From contig CM097882.1 in assembly GCA_044892505.1 (NCBI GenBank), positions 604,128,001 to 604,192,000 on the forward strand: 64,000 nucleotides of DNA, given 5' to 3'. Source of the DNA: Schmidtea nova. Taxonomy: Eukaryota. Of the stretch, positions 34,730 through 46,322 are shown in pieces. The notes under the pieces are model-generated. The model saw nothing but the letters and a program-made list of their open reading frames with translations. It had not been told where the DNA came from and made no database searches. The position numbers and the translations under genes are program-made. Numbering within the stretch: the first letter of the stretch is position 1; each line of letters opens with the position of its first letter.

Positions 34730-37700
34730 AATTACGTCAGTTATAAAAAATATTTAAATTAATTTTGATAAAATACATTAGAATTGTCAATAACACACAC
34801 AAAACTTTTATAATTTTCATTAGTATATGATAGAAAATTAAATTATATCTACACATGATAACAATAAATATTCGATAAATCTATGCTAAATAGCCGAAAA
34901 AATCCAGTATTTTATTACAAAACACGTGTGCATCACAAATATATCGATATACCTAATTTTTAATAAAGCTATTTTGTAGGCAATTAAAATTTGTCTATAT
35001 GTAATTACAATGAAAACTCACTAAAGTTATTTTAAATAGCTAAAACTTACAAAATTAATAACAAAACACGTGTGCATCACAAAATACGACAACTTTCAGA
35101 TTTTTAATCAAGCCATTTTGTAGAAAATTAAATTTTATCTCTACAGTATTACAATGAAAATTTATTAAAAATTACTTTATATAGACGAAATATGGAAATT
35201 TAAGTACAAAACATGTGTGTGCATTAAAACATACCAACAAACAAATATTTAATCAAGCCATTTTGTAGACAATTAAATTTTTATCTATATGTAATTACAA
35301 TAAAAACTCACTAAAGTTACTTTAGATAGCTTAAAATGATAAAATTAATAACAAAACACGTGTGCAACACGAAAAATGACAACATTTAAATTTTGAATCA
35401 AGCGGTTTTATAGAAATTTAAATTTCATCTATACTTTATTACAATGAAAACTCAATAAATTTATTTTATATACACGAAAAATGCAAAATTAATTACAAAA
35501 CACGTGTGCATTACAAACACACCAACAAACTAATTTTCTAATCAAGCCATTTTATAGGAAATTAAGTTTTACTTATACTTTATTACAATAAAAATTCACT
35601 AAAGTTACTTTATATTGTTAAAAATTTGAAAATTCAAAATAAAACTCGTGTGCATCACAAAATACAACAACTTTCAGAATTCTAATAAAGCCATTTTGTA
35701 GACAATTAAATTTTATCTATACAATATTACAATGAAAACTCAAAAAAGGTTTTTTATTTAGGTGATATATACAAATTTATTGAAAAAACACGTGTGCACA
35801 TCAATATACACAACATTTTGAATTTTTAATTCAGCCATTTTGTAGACAATAAAATTCTGTCTATCTATTGTTTCACTAAAAACTTGATCTGGCAGGTTTA
35901 TCGACTCGTAAAAAGCGTTTGAAGTTTTGTAGTAGGAGGTAGTGAGCGGTCTGCCCCCATGTGTGAACTCATATATTTTTTTATTAAAGTTAAAAAATAA
36001 TTTCATATTTTTAAAAAATTAAAACAAAAAAGTCATTTAATTAAAACAAATATTCCATTTAATTAAAACAAAAATTCACTTAGTTTAAACAAAAAAATCA
36101 CTCAGTTTAAACAAATATATGAAATTACGTAATTATATATGAAATTACGTAAATATAGGGTTTTATTAAGCACACTTGAGTATGTGATGATTATGTAATC
36201 ATATGTGCCATACAAAACCCCGAGTGATTGCGTAATATACACACATGGGGTATTGACGCAGTTAAGTCCCGTATCATAAAATTTATATATTTATGTATTT
36301 ATTTAAATTTTATAACACCCATACATAACAATTCATTCCACCTGCATCCATCATTCTATTCTATCAGTACAGGACTACAAAATGTTTCCAGTCAATTTTA
36401 GTAACATTCAATATACAACAAAAAATCTACATATTATAAATTTTCATTTAGTTATCTTTTAAAACCCGATTTCATTACCCTGCTTATTCATTTACATATT
36501 AAAGAAAAACCTGACAAAATTATGCAATGACTCGGGAAAAGGCGATTTTCGATAACCTATATATGTAAAATACCCACCAATGCATCAGCTAAATTCATAA
36601 TACCCAGCAGAAGCCGGTTAGGTTAATTTACCTAAGGTACAACATTCGGTACCCCAAAGTTCTTTTCTTCATTAATCATAAAAAGACATAATTATATTTC
36701 CAAAATTGGCAAATAACAATCAATTTTTATTAAAATTACAGGTGACGACAAAAGTCGATACCTAAAGTTTTTGCCTGAACATTTCGACGAGAGAGAGGAG
36801 TTCAGAATGGACATGATTATAGGTTCCGGTTGAAGTGAATGGTAGTAATGTTGAAAGTGGAGCATTGAATGATCACTCTCTGGGATTGGAAATTTTCAAC
36901 TATAGTTGATTGAAGTAATTTTTCTCGACAGTACTCGAGAGATGAGATGAACTCGAATCTGGAAAGATCTGGTTTTAAGCGAACGAAATTTTTCATAAGC
37001 AGTCATCGAGTGATTAGCGATTATGAAATTTGCCTTCGTAAGCAAGTGAAATTTTCACCCTGAACGCATTTTGAGGGGAGAAGTCGAGAATTTGGATGGA
37101 TTCTAAAATAAAAATGTCGTATAAAATTAAGGAGAAAATGAAATACTTACGACAAATGGTTTTGCTAATAGGAGTTTTCACCAAGCATCTGGGATTCCGA
37201 TCCCCTGAAAGTCAAAGAAAAATCGATATCTATAAATACATGTAAAATAATTACTATAATATAAGAGCTAACCAATTAGGTTGCGAGTTTTTATGCGATT
37301 AAACAAAGTTTTTTTTAAAAAAAAATTTATTTTGGGTAATATTATTATATAACATTTTTTTTACAAAAAGGGGGGTCCAGAAAATAAATTTTTAATACAA
37401 CTAAAACTTTTTAAATACAGAAACGGCCTTTGAATGGATTGATGAAATATCCAAGACATTAAAGCTAGTTTAAATTTATTACATTGTAACCGATGCCATT
37501 GTCAAGACCGCGGTGATTATTTAAATTTTAACGTTTAATTTTGGGTAAAATCTAAAAATAAGTTCTAAAGCAAGATAGACAATAGGGCTAGGATATAAAT
37601 AAAGTTACTTGAAATTTTAAATATTAGAAACACGAAAATTTGAAGACGTACAAAAATAATAGTAGTTTAGACCACAATAACCGCAATCGTATACCCCGAT

Positions 37701-37904
37701 TATATGTAATTTTGAAGAAATATTTGATGCCGAATTGAGTTTGTGATGATGTTGGAGTACGAGCTTACGAATAGAGTAAATGTGCAAAAATTCCCGAGAA
37801 TTTGGATAATACCGTGCATAATGATTGATTGGGACAAATTAATAAATTTTTATTGATGAAATTATTTCATTTTTGCTAATTTAAAATATATATCTGCAGT
37901 AATT

Positions 37905-38548
37905 CATTGAAGAAGGGACGAAATGGGCATTAAACCTTCTATCGGTAGCCCTTGGACCCAGGAGATATTCGGTCAATCATAGTTTCGAATTTTCGATCCT
38001 CACTGATTGCGAATACCCACCCATTTGTTGCATTACCAACATTACATTGTGACGAGCAACAAGATGGTTAATCTAAGGTTTTGTATGTTGAATTGTTGAT
38101 GAGAGCCATAACAACGTCAAGGTCATATAGACGATCAACAACACACCAGGAAGAAGCCACCAAAGATATTGGATGTAAGCGTTATTTATCATATTTTATT
38201 TTTTTTCGATGGGAGACTTTCCTAGATCATGCCCTTCGATTGTCTCCTACCGAGTATTATTTATTAATGACATTTTATGTATTGCTTTTATGTATTTATG
38301 TTGGTGGGTTGTTGATCGTCAATATGACCTTGACGTTGCTATGGCTCACATCAACAACTCAACACATAAAACATTGAATTAACCATCTTGTTGCCCGTCA
38401 CCATGTAACGTTCGTAATGCAACAAATGGGTGGGTATTCGCAATCAGTGAGCGTCGAAAAGAATCGAAACTATGATTGACCGAATATTTCTAAGGTCAAG
38501 GGCTACCGACAGAAGGTTTAATGCCCATTTTGTCCCTCCTTCGACGAT
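37905..38548. repeat. Fold-back with ~245-bp inverted arms (family ending ...CAACCCACCAA)
   Basis: 37905-38147 is the reverse complement of 38301-38548. Further copies at 39539-39880 and 50385-50730. Confidence 0.85.
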
Positions 38549-39490
38549 TTATCTAAACATTTGTTGGGCAAAAACTGAGGTTTGTTTAAATAGCGCGGTA
38601 TTACAGCATGTAGAGAGCGCGTAAGAAGTAGATTTGAAATTCTATGAACCCAAAACACCAAGTACAACCCAGTAACAGCAGAGATAATCAATCAAAACAC
38701 GTTGAAAGATTGAAACGAACAAAAGCGCATTGAGTGTATACGTAAAAACACATTTATAACGTGAGAACATCAGTTGTGTAACGGAATAGGAGGAAATTTT
38801 CAAATTCTAGAGTAAAAATTCAAAAAATACGAAAGAAAATTGTTTTAGTTAGAAATTATGATAAATTAATTAAATTAGGAAAAACTTTGATTTTAAAATG
38901 AAATTTTAGATCAAAAATAAATTATTTAGAATTTATTTAAAATTTTATGCAAAAATAATAATTCAATTTTGCGTAAAATTATTGAAATTAATTTTCAAGA
39001 ATCGAAAAATTCCTTCTAGAACTATTTGTTTTAATACCTCAACGAAAATAAAAATTTGAGCTACTATATATATCGCCATCAAAATGGATTTCATCATTAA
39101 TTTCATCAGAATTTGCAGAATTTGTGCAGAATTTTCCGGAATTTTGTTGCTAAAATTTTTGAAACGTTTTTAGCAGTGATATTCTAAGAGATAACCTTGC
39201 TTAAAATCATTTGAGAGAATTCTCGGAAGGCGAATTCCTCGACAGATTTCGATTATGTAAGAATCATGAATTTTATGTTATGCAGGCTAGCAAATCATGC
39301 CATGTTACCCTGCCGGAGGTATTCTGATTTAATTTTCATTTTTATTTCGAAGTTTGATAATGTATTATCTTATAGTAAAATATGTAATGATTATTATAAT
39401 TTTTTCCATTCAAGTTTTATTTTTACTTTGATCATATTTTCTCACAACCTAACATACTTATATTGATATTCATTTATTTATTTATATACA

Positions 39491-39536
<46 letters not shown>

Positions 39537-39538
39537 AA

Positions 39539-39880
39539 TTGGTGGGTTGTTGATCGTCAATATGACCTTGACGTTGCTATGGGTCTCATCAACAACTCAA
39601 CATACAAAACATTAGATTAACCATCTTGTTGCCAGTCACAATGTAACGTTGGAAATGCAACAAATGGGTGGGTATTCGCAATCAATGAGCGTCGAAAATT
39701 TGAAACTATGATTGACCGAATATCTCCTGGGTCCAAGGGCTACCGATAGAAGGTTTAATACCCATTTTGTCCCTTCCTCAATGATTTATCTATAAGCATT
39801 CAACAAAATTTTATCGGCAATTCAACATAAATATTCTACATAACTATAAATTTATTATTGCATCCAAATAAATTATTCCG
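39539..39880 (-). repeat. Copy of the ...CAACCCACCAA repeat family
   Basis: Near-identical to 38301-38548; extends in inverted homology with 50385-50480. Confidence 0.85.
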
Positions 39881-40751
39881 AGCCTCAAAAGCACTAACCA
39901 AACATTCAATTTTGCTAATATTGCAATTTATGGTAATCATTAAATTAAACATTCTAAAATAAAATTTTAATCTACATTTAAAATAAAATAAAATAAAAAC
40001 TTTAATTTTTAATTTACGGAAAATAATTTTATTTCTACTTTAGGTTCTTTCCCTATTTTTATATCTATAAATAATTTTCTTGATTTAAATTTCTCTTAAT
40101 ATTTCATTTGTTTTAACTTTTATTTAACCTTTAGCAAAATTGAATACTGATCACTCTTTCCAAACACTCGACTGAAACTACATGCGAAACTATTGACCTA
40201 TTTCATGAAATCTTATTCCAATTTTCCATAACAGCTTATTTATTGACGAAAACAAGTTAGTTTGTTAATTAAAATGGTAAAATGAAGTTAATTATTTCCA
40301 CAGTATTCAAATGCAGAAGCTGGGATCAATGGTTTCAATTAATCTCGCATTTCAAGGTCAATTTCAAACTGTTAATGAACTTATCTAATTCTAAAGAAAT
40401 ATCTGAACCGATAAAACATTTACTCTTCCAACAAAGCGTCAGCTATTGATTTCTATTGGAATAGATTTAAATGAATTGTTCAAAAATCTTGCTAATATCT
40501 TCTTAATTGAATACAGGAATTTAGAAAGCATCTTTACTTCTCAAACTATATGTCACCTAGAGACATGAAAGATTCTGAAATTTTTCTAGTAATTCATCAG
40601 ATGTTGCAAATGCTATCTACTATGCATAGCGAGTCATGAGAATACAAGTGAACAGGATTGTCAGTAATAGGATCTGGCATTATCCAAAGAAATAATTTAA
40701 TAATTCGGCACAAGTTATCCAGAAGGTGGCAAACTCAAATCCGAAAATTCT

Positions 40752-41165
40752 TCAGTGGCTAACTTTGAAACTTCTTATCGACTCAAACTGAAAGGAAAGA
40801 AATTGGTGGGTCAATAGAGGTGCGTTTTTAGAAAGACCGGGTACTGCCGCATCGTTTGAACGAACTATCTCTCCCAAAAAGAGACTAGGTTGTTGGCCTG
40901 AGTAAATCTGTGGCGCCAATAGTTTTTTTAGAGTTTGGGTCTGTGAAGAAGTGTATTTGGTCGTAATTAGATTTTTTATGCTTTTGTATTGATTTCCTGC
41001 GTCAAGAGTATCAGCAATTTTCGGGGCTAGTTCGGCTTTCAATTCGGCAGGTAAACTGTCGAGGAGGTAATCTGCTCGTGACCTTGGAGAGAAAGACGTA
41101 TGCGCTTCATAGATCCGAAACCACGAAGAAGGGTTACCGTCCGGGTCCAGAAAAAACAGAATGGA
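40752..41165 (-). pseudogene. Gypsy gag fragment, homologous to gag at 30650-31080
   Basis: FLDPDGNPSSWFRIYEAH...DYLLDSLPAELKAELAPKIADTL...YKSIK versus FLDADGTPSSWFRIFESR...DLLLDAIPDELMSELGSQIADAL...YESIK. Confidence 0.8.
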
Positions 41166-41592
41166 GCGGAATCCGGATGAGGAAGATGGCTCTGTTGTAA
41201 TTCTACCGCCTCATAGGATGCGTCAGTTGATGTCCAAGATTGAATTAGACTGCAGCTGGGTAGAAGAGGAGACTAAAAAACCATTGCACGACAAGTAGAA
41301 TGAGGTATTGTCAATGTGAAGTGATGTGGCAATGTATGTGTGTAGATCGGAAGTAACGGCGATTTCCCGTATCCTGTTATTTAAACGCGTGAGAATATAG
41401 GCTGGTAGTATCGGTGTGATTTTGGCGAAAGAATCACTATCGTGTGTTGGATCTAGGTTAGGATTATGGGTGCTGTTTGTAGTTAAAGGGCGAAGAGAGG
41501 TGGGATAGAGAATTCGGGAAGGGTAATTTTAAATAATATAATATTTATCAAACAATATTTATTAAATAATATTTATATATAATTATGATAAA

Positions 41593-41736
41593 TGTTAAGT
41601 TTATCAAAAGAGATAGACATAATTTGAATTTTTTATTTATTACAATTATCTACTTATATAAACAAATTTTACTTGTTTATATATATTTTAAATAAGTTTG
41701 GAATTAATTAACAAAATGAGTTAATTAAATCCAACA
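41593..41736 (-). repeat. 3' LTR (144 bp)
   Basis: Identical to 45449-45592. Confidence 0.95.
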
Positions 41737-41745
41737 TAACTCCCC

Positions 41746-44700
41746 TCAAAGATTGGGTTCCGGCTCTATTGTTGCTCGCAGTCGATCAGCAGACACGATT
41801 TTATTTTTGTCGTTTATTGATATTTTGAATGTCTTGAGGTCTGGCGATCTTTCCACTACTTTAAACGGACCATCATATGGAAGATCGAGCCCTTTGGTGA
41901 TTGGCTTCTGTAACCACACCCTGGTGCATGTGGCCAGTTCTTTCTGTATGAAACTGTTTTGTTTTGAATCTATCTTCTTTTCTTTTGGTATGGGATTGTA
42001 GATGGTTGGGATATTGGATTCTTCTTCGTCAACTTCTGATGTTATGATCGATAAATCGCCAGGTAATCTGAGTTTCGTTCCAAACACGAGTTCAGCTGGT
42101 GATGGTGAGTTATCTGAGGTGCAACAGCTGCGTAAACCTAGTAGTACTGTCGGGAGATCATGAGCCCACGTTTTATTTGCGTCTGCCGCATGAGCCTTGA
42201 GCGAGTTCTTGAGACTTCTATGCCATCTTTCTACCTTCCCATTGCATTGTGGATGGTATGCTGTGGTTCGTCTATGTTCAATGCCCATATTTCTGCAAAA
42301 ATTGTTAAATAAAGTAGATTCAAATTGCAACCCTTGATCACTGATGATAACTTCAGGTACACCGTATCTACTTATCCATTCTCTATTCAGTATTGTTACC
42401 ACGTTAGAACTTGAGATTTCGTTAATTGGAATGGCTTCCCCCCACGACGTTGATCTATCAATCATTGTAAGCATGAATCTCTTATTGCTTACTGTGGGTA
42501 ATGGTCCTACGAGATCAATGTGAATGGTTTTGAATCGCCCAGTTGTTGGAATATCCATGAGAGGGGTCTTAGTATGACGGCTTATCTTTGATTGTTGACA
42601 TTTCTGACACTGACGATTCCAAGTTCTAATATCAGATCGCATTTTTGGCCAAACATATCTTGATGCTAATAATCGCATCATTGGTTTGTAACCAGGATGT
42701 GAGATGTTGTGTAGCCTTTGAAATTCCTGGAATCTGAGTGATGTAGGAAGGATGATTCTCGGCTTCCCCAGACTGATATCTACAAGGATACCATCTTTAG
42801 ATTCACATAGATCCAGTGAAGTCATCTTTAGGTTTGCTAATAACTTGTCGGACTTTTGTTCTGTTAGGAGCTTTGCATTATCAAAGGTATTGATTGCTTC
42901 AATCTGGATCATGTCTATCTCCATAGAATGTTGTCTTGATAGAAGGTCAGCAGTTGCATTCTCTTTACCTTTAATATATTCGATCTTGAAGGTAAACTGA
43001 GAGAGATGTTCAATGATTCTCCATTGTCTTGTAGATGGCTCTTTTATCGACATTATGTGAATGAGTGGCTTGTGGTCAGTATTTATTGTGAATGAAGAGG
43101 CTAGGAGATAGTGTTTGAAGTGTTTCGTTGCAAGTTGTATTGCCAGAAGTTCCCTGTCAAATGTCGAATATTTTATTTCGGATTTGGATAGCTTCTGAGA
43201 ATAAAATGCGATTGGTATTAAACGATTTTCTGTATCTGTTTGATTTAGGCTTGCTCCAACGGCTACTGATGATGCATCCGTGCATAGTGTGAATGGCCTG
43301 GATGGGTCTGGATATCCAGTAGGCACTGCTCTGCATAGGGCTGCTTTAGCTTGTTCAAATGCTCTATCATGGATTTCGTTCCAAATGAACCTTTTCTTGT
43401 TTCCTGAAGCTATTGTTATTAAATCATGCAATGGAGCCAAAATATCAGATAAATGTGGAGTCAACCAGTGGTAATATCCGATGGCGCCAATGAAGCTTCT
43501 TAGCATACGTACACATTTTGGTTTTTCTATTTTAAGAATGTTTGAAGTCTTTTCTTGAGATGCTCTTACTCCATTTTTGTCCAATTCGAATCCTAGAAAT
43601 TGGATCCTTTCTTTATTGAATTCGCATTTGCTAATGTTGACTTTGAGACCGGCTGCATAAAGGTTTTTCAGAACTGTTCTGACGTGAGATTTATGGTTCT
43701 CCAGGCTGTCTGAAAATATTAGAACATCATCTACATAAGCGACACAGAATGATTGCAAGTCTCTGAGAATGTTATCTATGTATCGTTGGAATGTCTGAGA
43801 TGCATTCCGTAAGCCAAATGGCATCGTATTATATTGGAATAATCCAAATGGGGTTATCACTGCAGTTTTGTCTCTGTCTTCTTCCGCAATCGGTATCTGG
43901 TGATAGGCTTTGATCATGTCTAATTTGGTGAAGTATTTGCTCCCAATCAGGCCATCAAGAATATCCTGGATTCTGGGAAGAGGATATTTATCTGGAATTG
44001 TGAGATTGTTGAGGAGTCTGTAGTCACCGCAGGGTCTCCACGTTCCATCATGTTTTTTTACTACAACTAAAGGTGAGGCCCAACTACTTTTGCTTACTTG
44101 AATGACATTTTCTTTTAGTAATCGATCAAATTCAGCTTTGGTTGCTCTTAGTCGTTCTCCAAAAAGCTTACGAGACTTTTGAGATATTGCTTCTCCTTTT
44201 GTTATTATTTGCAATTGAACATCTGGTTTGGTGCTGATTATTGGCTTTTGTGGGTCAAAGATAATGTCATCATATTCACAAAATATACTATTCATCTTTG
44301 ATACTTTTTGATAGCCTTTTGCGTATTCTGAAGTATTGATGTTGGAAATTTGCCTGTTCTTGCAACTGACATTCAGATCAAAGTGCGCCAAAAAGTCTGC
44401 TCCTATTATTGGTCTGCTGAGATTTGCTACGGCAAATATCCATTTGAATGGTTTTTGAAAGCCTTCAAATTTTAGCGATATTTCTCTGTCACCATAATAC
44501 TCGATGATGGAGTTGTTGGCGCTGATTAATGTTCGCTTTCTGTCAAGTGATAGATTCGGTTCAAACAGTTTTGATGGCAATACGCTGGCATCGGCACCCG
44601 AATCTATGAGAAAGTCAACGCTGTGGTTGTTGGAGACAATTGCCGGTACGGTGAAAGTTTGATTTTGCTTCGGATTGTAGGCTGATGTGATCTCAAAGGT

Positions 44701-44781
44701 TCCAGGTACCGAATTTACTGGAACCTTCTCTCGTTTCCCTGCTTCTGATTCTTTTGTTCCCATGAGCAGGGGGGTTGACAT
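41746..44781 (-). CDS. pol: Gypsy Pol (PR-RT-RNase H-IN), expressed by -1 frameshift
   Basis: FLIDSGA, YVDD, CTDAS/RELLAI/TDH, HPG..C..C, IDLVG/ISDQG/VERWH, PYDGPF. Slippery heptamer G GGA AAC at 44733-44739, just before the gag stop, in the -1 frame relation. Confidence 0.95.
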   Translation of the reverse strand: MSTPLLMGTKESEAGKREKVPVNSVPGTFEITSAYNPKQNQTFTVPAIVSNNHSVDFLIDSGADASVLPSKLFEPNLSLDRKRTLISANNSIIEYYGDREISLKFEGFQKPFKWIFAVANLSRPIIGADFLAHFDLNVSCKNRQISNINTSEYAKGYQKVSKMNSIFCEYDDIIFDPQKPIISTKPDVQLQIITKGEAISQKSRKLFGERLRATKAEFDRLLKENVIQVSKSSWASPLVVVKKHDGTWRPCGDYRLLNNLTIPDKYPLPRIQDILDGLIGSKYFTKLDMIKAYHQIPIAEEDRDKTAVITPFGLFQYNTMPFGLRNASQTFQRYIDNILRDLQSFCVAYVDDVLIFSDSLENHKSHVRTVLKNLYAAGLKVNISKCEFNKERIQFLGFELDKNGVRASQEKTSNILKIEKPKCVRMLRSFIGAIGYYHWLTPHLSDILAPLHDLITIASGNKKRFIWNEIHDRAFEQAKAALCRAVPTGYPDPSRPFTLCTDASSVAVGASLNQTDTENRLIPIAFYSQKLSKSEIKYSTFDRELLAIQLATKHFKHYLLASSFTINTDHKPLIHIMSIKEPSTRQWRIIEHLSQFTFKIEYIKGKENATADLLSRQHSMEIDMIQIEAINTFDNAKLLTEQKSDKLLANLKMTSLDLCESKDGILVDISLGKPRIILPTSLRFQEFQRLHNISHPGYKPMMRLLASRYVWPKMRSDIRTWNRQCQKCQQSKISRHTKTPLMDIPTTGRFKTIHIDLVGPLPTVSNKRFMLTMIDRSTSWGEAIPINEISSSNVVTILNREWISRYGVPEVIISDQGLQFESTLFNNFCRNMGIEHRRTTAYHPQCNGKVERWHRSLKNSLKAHAADANKTWAHDLPTVLLGLRSCCTSDNSPSPAELVFGTKLRLPGDLSIITSEVDEEESNIPTIYNPIPKEKKIDSKQNSFIQKELATCTRVWLQKPITKGLDLPYDGPFKVVERSPDLKTFKISINDKNKIVSADRLRATIEPEPNL

Positions 44782-45476
44782 TTCCGGGCTTTTTCTCCAA
44801 ACGTTCTATGATAATAACATAGAGTATCCAGTGATTGTGAAGGTGATTTGAGTGTCTGGCTGTACTTCAGTGCTGCTATTTGGTCTTCAACATTGTTTAT
44901 TTTCATTAGATTATGCATAGCTTTCTTTTGATCCATTATGTTGTCCGCCATTTTCGCTATCTTCCAGATGTCTTCTTCGGACTGAAGGATCAGTGTATTT
45001 TGAATGTTTTCTGGTAACATTCTGAGGAATAGGTCCTTTAGCAGAACTAGAGATACAGTTCCATTACCGTATTTAAATAGATTAGAATGAATGTCCTGGA
45101 GTGCTTCTGAGGGAGTAAGATCTCCTAAATAACGATCGTTTAGGAGACTTTGAAGTGATACGGGATTGTTTCTGTTGTAATCTTCCAGCATTGCTTCTTT
45201 GAGATCTGTATAGGGCAATTTGCTTTCTGTTTCAAGCAAGTGAAAGAATTTTCTTGCGATTGCTGTTGGGATTGCCATTACTAAGTGCTGAAATTGGCTT
45301 CTTTCTGACTTGATTTTAGAGAATGCAAAAGCAATTTCCAGCTGTTTGATCCATGTGGGAAAATCACTGTTGTATATCGGTAATTTGATTGAGTTGGCTT
45401 GAATTTCTAGCTCTTCTACTGAAGATTCTGAGGCATTTCTGACACCATTGTTAAGTTTATCAAAAGAGATAGACAT
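44715..45476 (-). CDS. gag: Gypsy Gag, 253 aa
   Basis: IKLPIY....TWIKQLE N-terminal segment and C-terminal CYYHRTFGEKARKCQPPCSW. The ATG lies inside the 5' LTR. Confidence 0.9.
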   Translation of the reverse strand: MSISFDKLNNGVRNASESSVEELEIQANSIKLPIYNSDFPTWIKQLEIAFAFSKIKSERSQFQHLVMAIPTAIARKFFHLLETESKLPYTDLKEAMLEDYNRNNPVSLQSLLNDRYLGDLTPSEALQDIHSNLFKYGNGTVSLVLLKDLFLRMLPENIQNTLILQSEEDIWKIAKMADNIMDQKKAMHNLMKINNVEDQIAALKYSQTLKSPSQSLDTLCYYHRTFGEKARKCQPPCSWEQKNQKQGNERRFQ

Positions 45477-45592
45477 AATTTGAATTTTTTATTTATTACA
45501 ATTATCTACTTATATAAACAAATTTTACTTGTTTATATATATTTTAAATAAGTTTGGAATTAATTAACAAAATGAGTTAATTAAATCCAACA
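45449..45592 (-). repeat. 5' LTR (144 bp), followed by a tRNA-Leu-type PBS at 45437-45447
   Basis: LTR end CTTAACA, then A, then TGGTGTCAGAA, which is complementary to the 3' end of eukaryotic tRNA-Leu(CAA) (...UUCUGACACCA). Confidence 0.92.
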
Positions 45593-46106
45593 ATAAATAT
45601 GAATAAAATTTTATTTTATAGAAATATAATAAATGATACTTATTGCCATATCATTTGGATTGGTGAACCTATTGTCATTCGGTTGATATATTTGATGTTG
45701 TTGTTGGAATGAGAGCATAACTTCAGCAGTTGTCGGAGAGGCTGATAGCAATGAGCACGAAGTAGCAACAGAGATTGTCGGCATTGCTACGGTAAGTTGT
45801 CAACTAATTGTGTATTGTCGGTTCTGATTATGATTGGGATGTGCCACAGCAACTGGGTTTATGATATGGGCTGAAGTGTCACTTCTGCCAGCGGAAAATG
45901 AAGCCGATAATAATTGAGAATGATTCTGATTGTCCGATGAAATGAGAGTAAATTGTGGTTGAATAGAATGATGTTGAGGCAAGGACACTCCGAGATTGTG
46001 AATAATGCTGCTGTAAACGACTTTTTGCGGCTGTGGATGAATTTGATTGACCATATTATGTTCTTGAGCTACTGAACTGCGACTAAGATCGTGTAAAAAT
46101 TGTCGT

Positions 46107-46117
46107 TTCTGACACCA
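46107..46117 (-). other. Second primer-binding site TGGTGTCAGAA (tRNA-Leu type)
   Basis: It follows ...CCCCGACA-AT on the minus strand, and an ORF starts at 46054. Confidence 0.75.
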
Positions 46118-46322
46118 ATTGTCGGGGTTGCAACTTTCGTTGCCGATACCCCTAAAACAAAAGTCAATACGATAAAATATAAAATTTATTTAAAAGACTT
46201 CTTGTGTTTCTTCTAAACTGCTTCTAAAGTGCTTTATATTATTCTCTTCAAATTCTGCCATGCGTTATGTTATTAAAACAACTACTTTTTTTATATATTT
46301 CCATGTTTTAATTTAATATATA

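Larger units (their letters stand above)
33585..35930 (+). repeat. Second copy of the repeat at 16775-17990, with seven ~145-bp CACGTG-core units and an insertion
   Basis: Colinear with 16775-17990. Cores at 34919, 35063, 35208, 35353, 35497, 35641 and 35785. The first ~105 bp (TGTTGGGCAAAAACTG...) recur at 38562-38665. Confidence 0.8.
41593..45592 (-). mobile_element. Intact, very compact (4,000 bp) Ty3/Gypsy LTR retrotransposon
   Basis: Identical 144-bp TG...CA LTRs (41593-41736, 45449-45592), 5-bp TSD ATAAA on both sides, PBS TGGTGTCAGAA, PPT GAGGGGAG, uninterrupted gag and pol. Confidence 0.97.

Noticed and set aside
40130-40745. Possible MULE transposase remnant (SNAEAGINGFN) on the plus strand
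   Set aside because: Many stops and only one weak motif; cannot be supported without a profile search.
1184-44781. Short antisense or off-frame ORFs over pPolB, the RING gene and Gypsy pol
   Set aside because: Shadow frames of real coding strands with no independent motifs.
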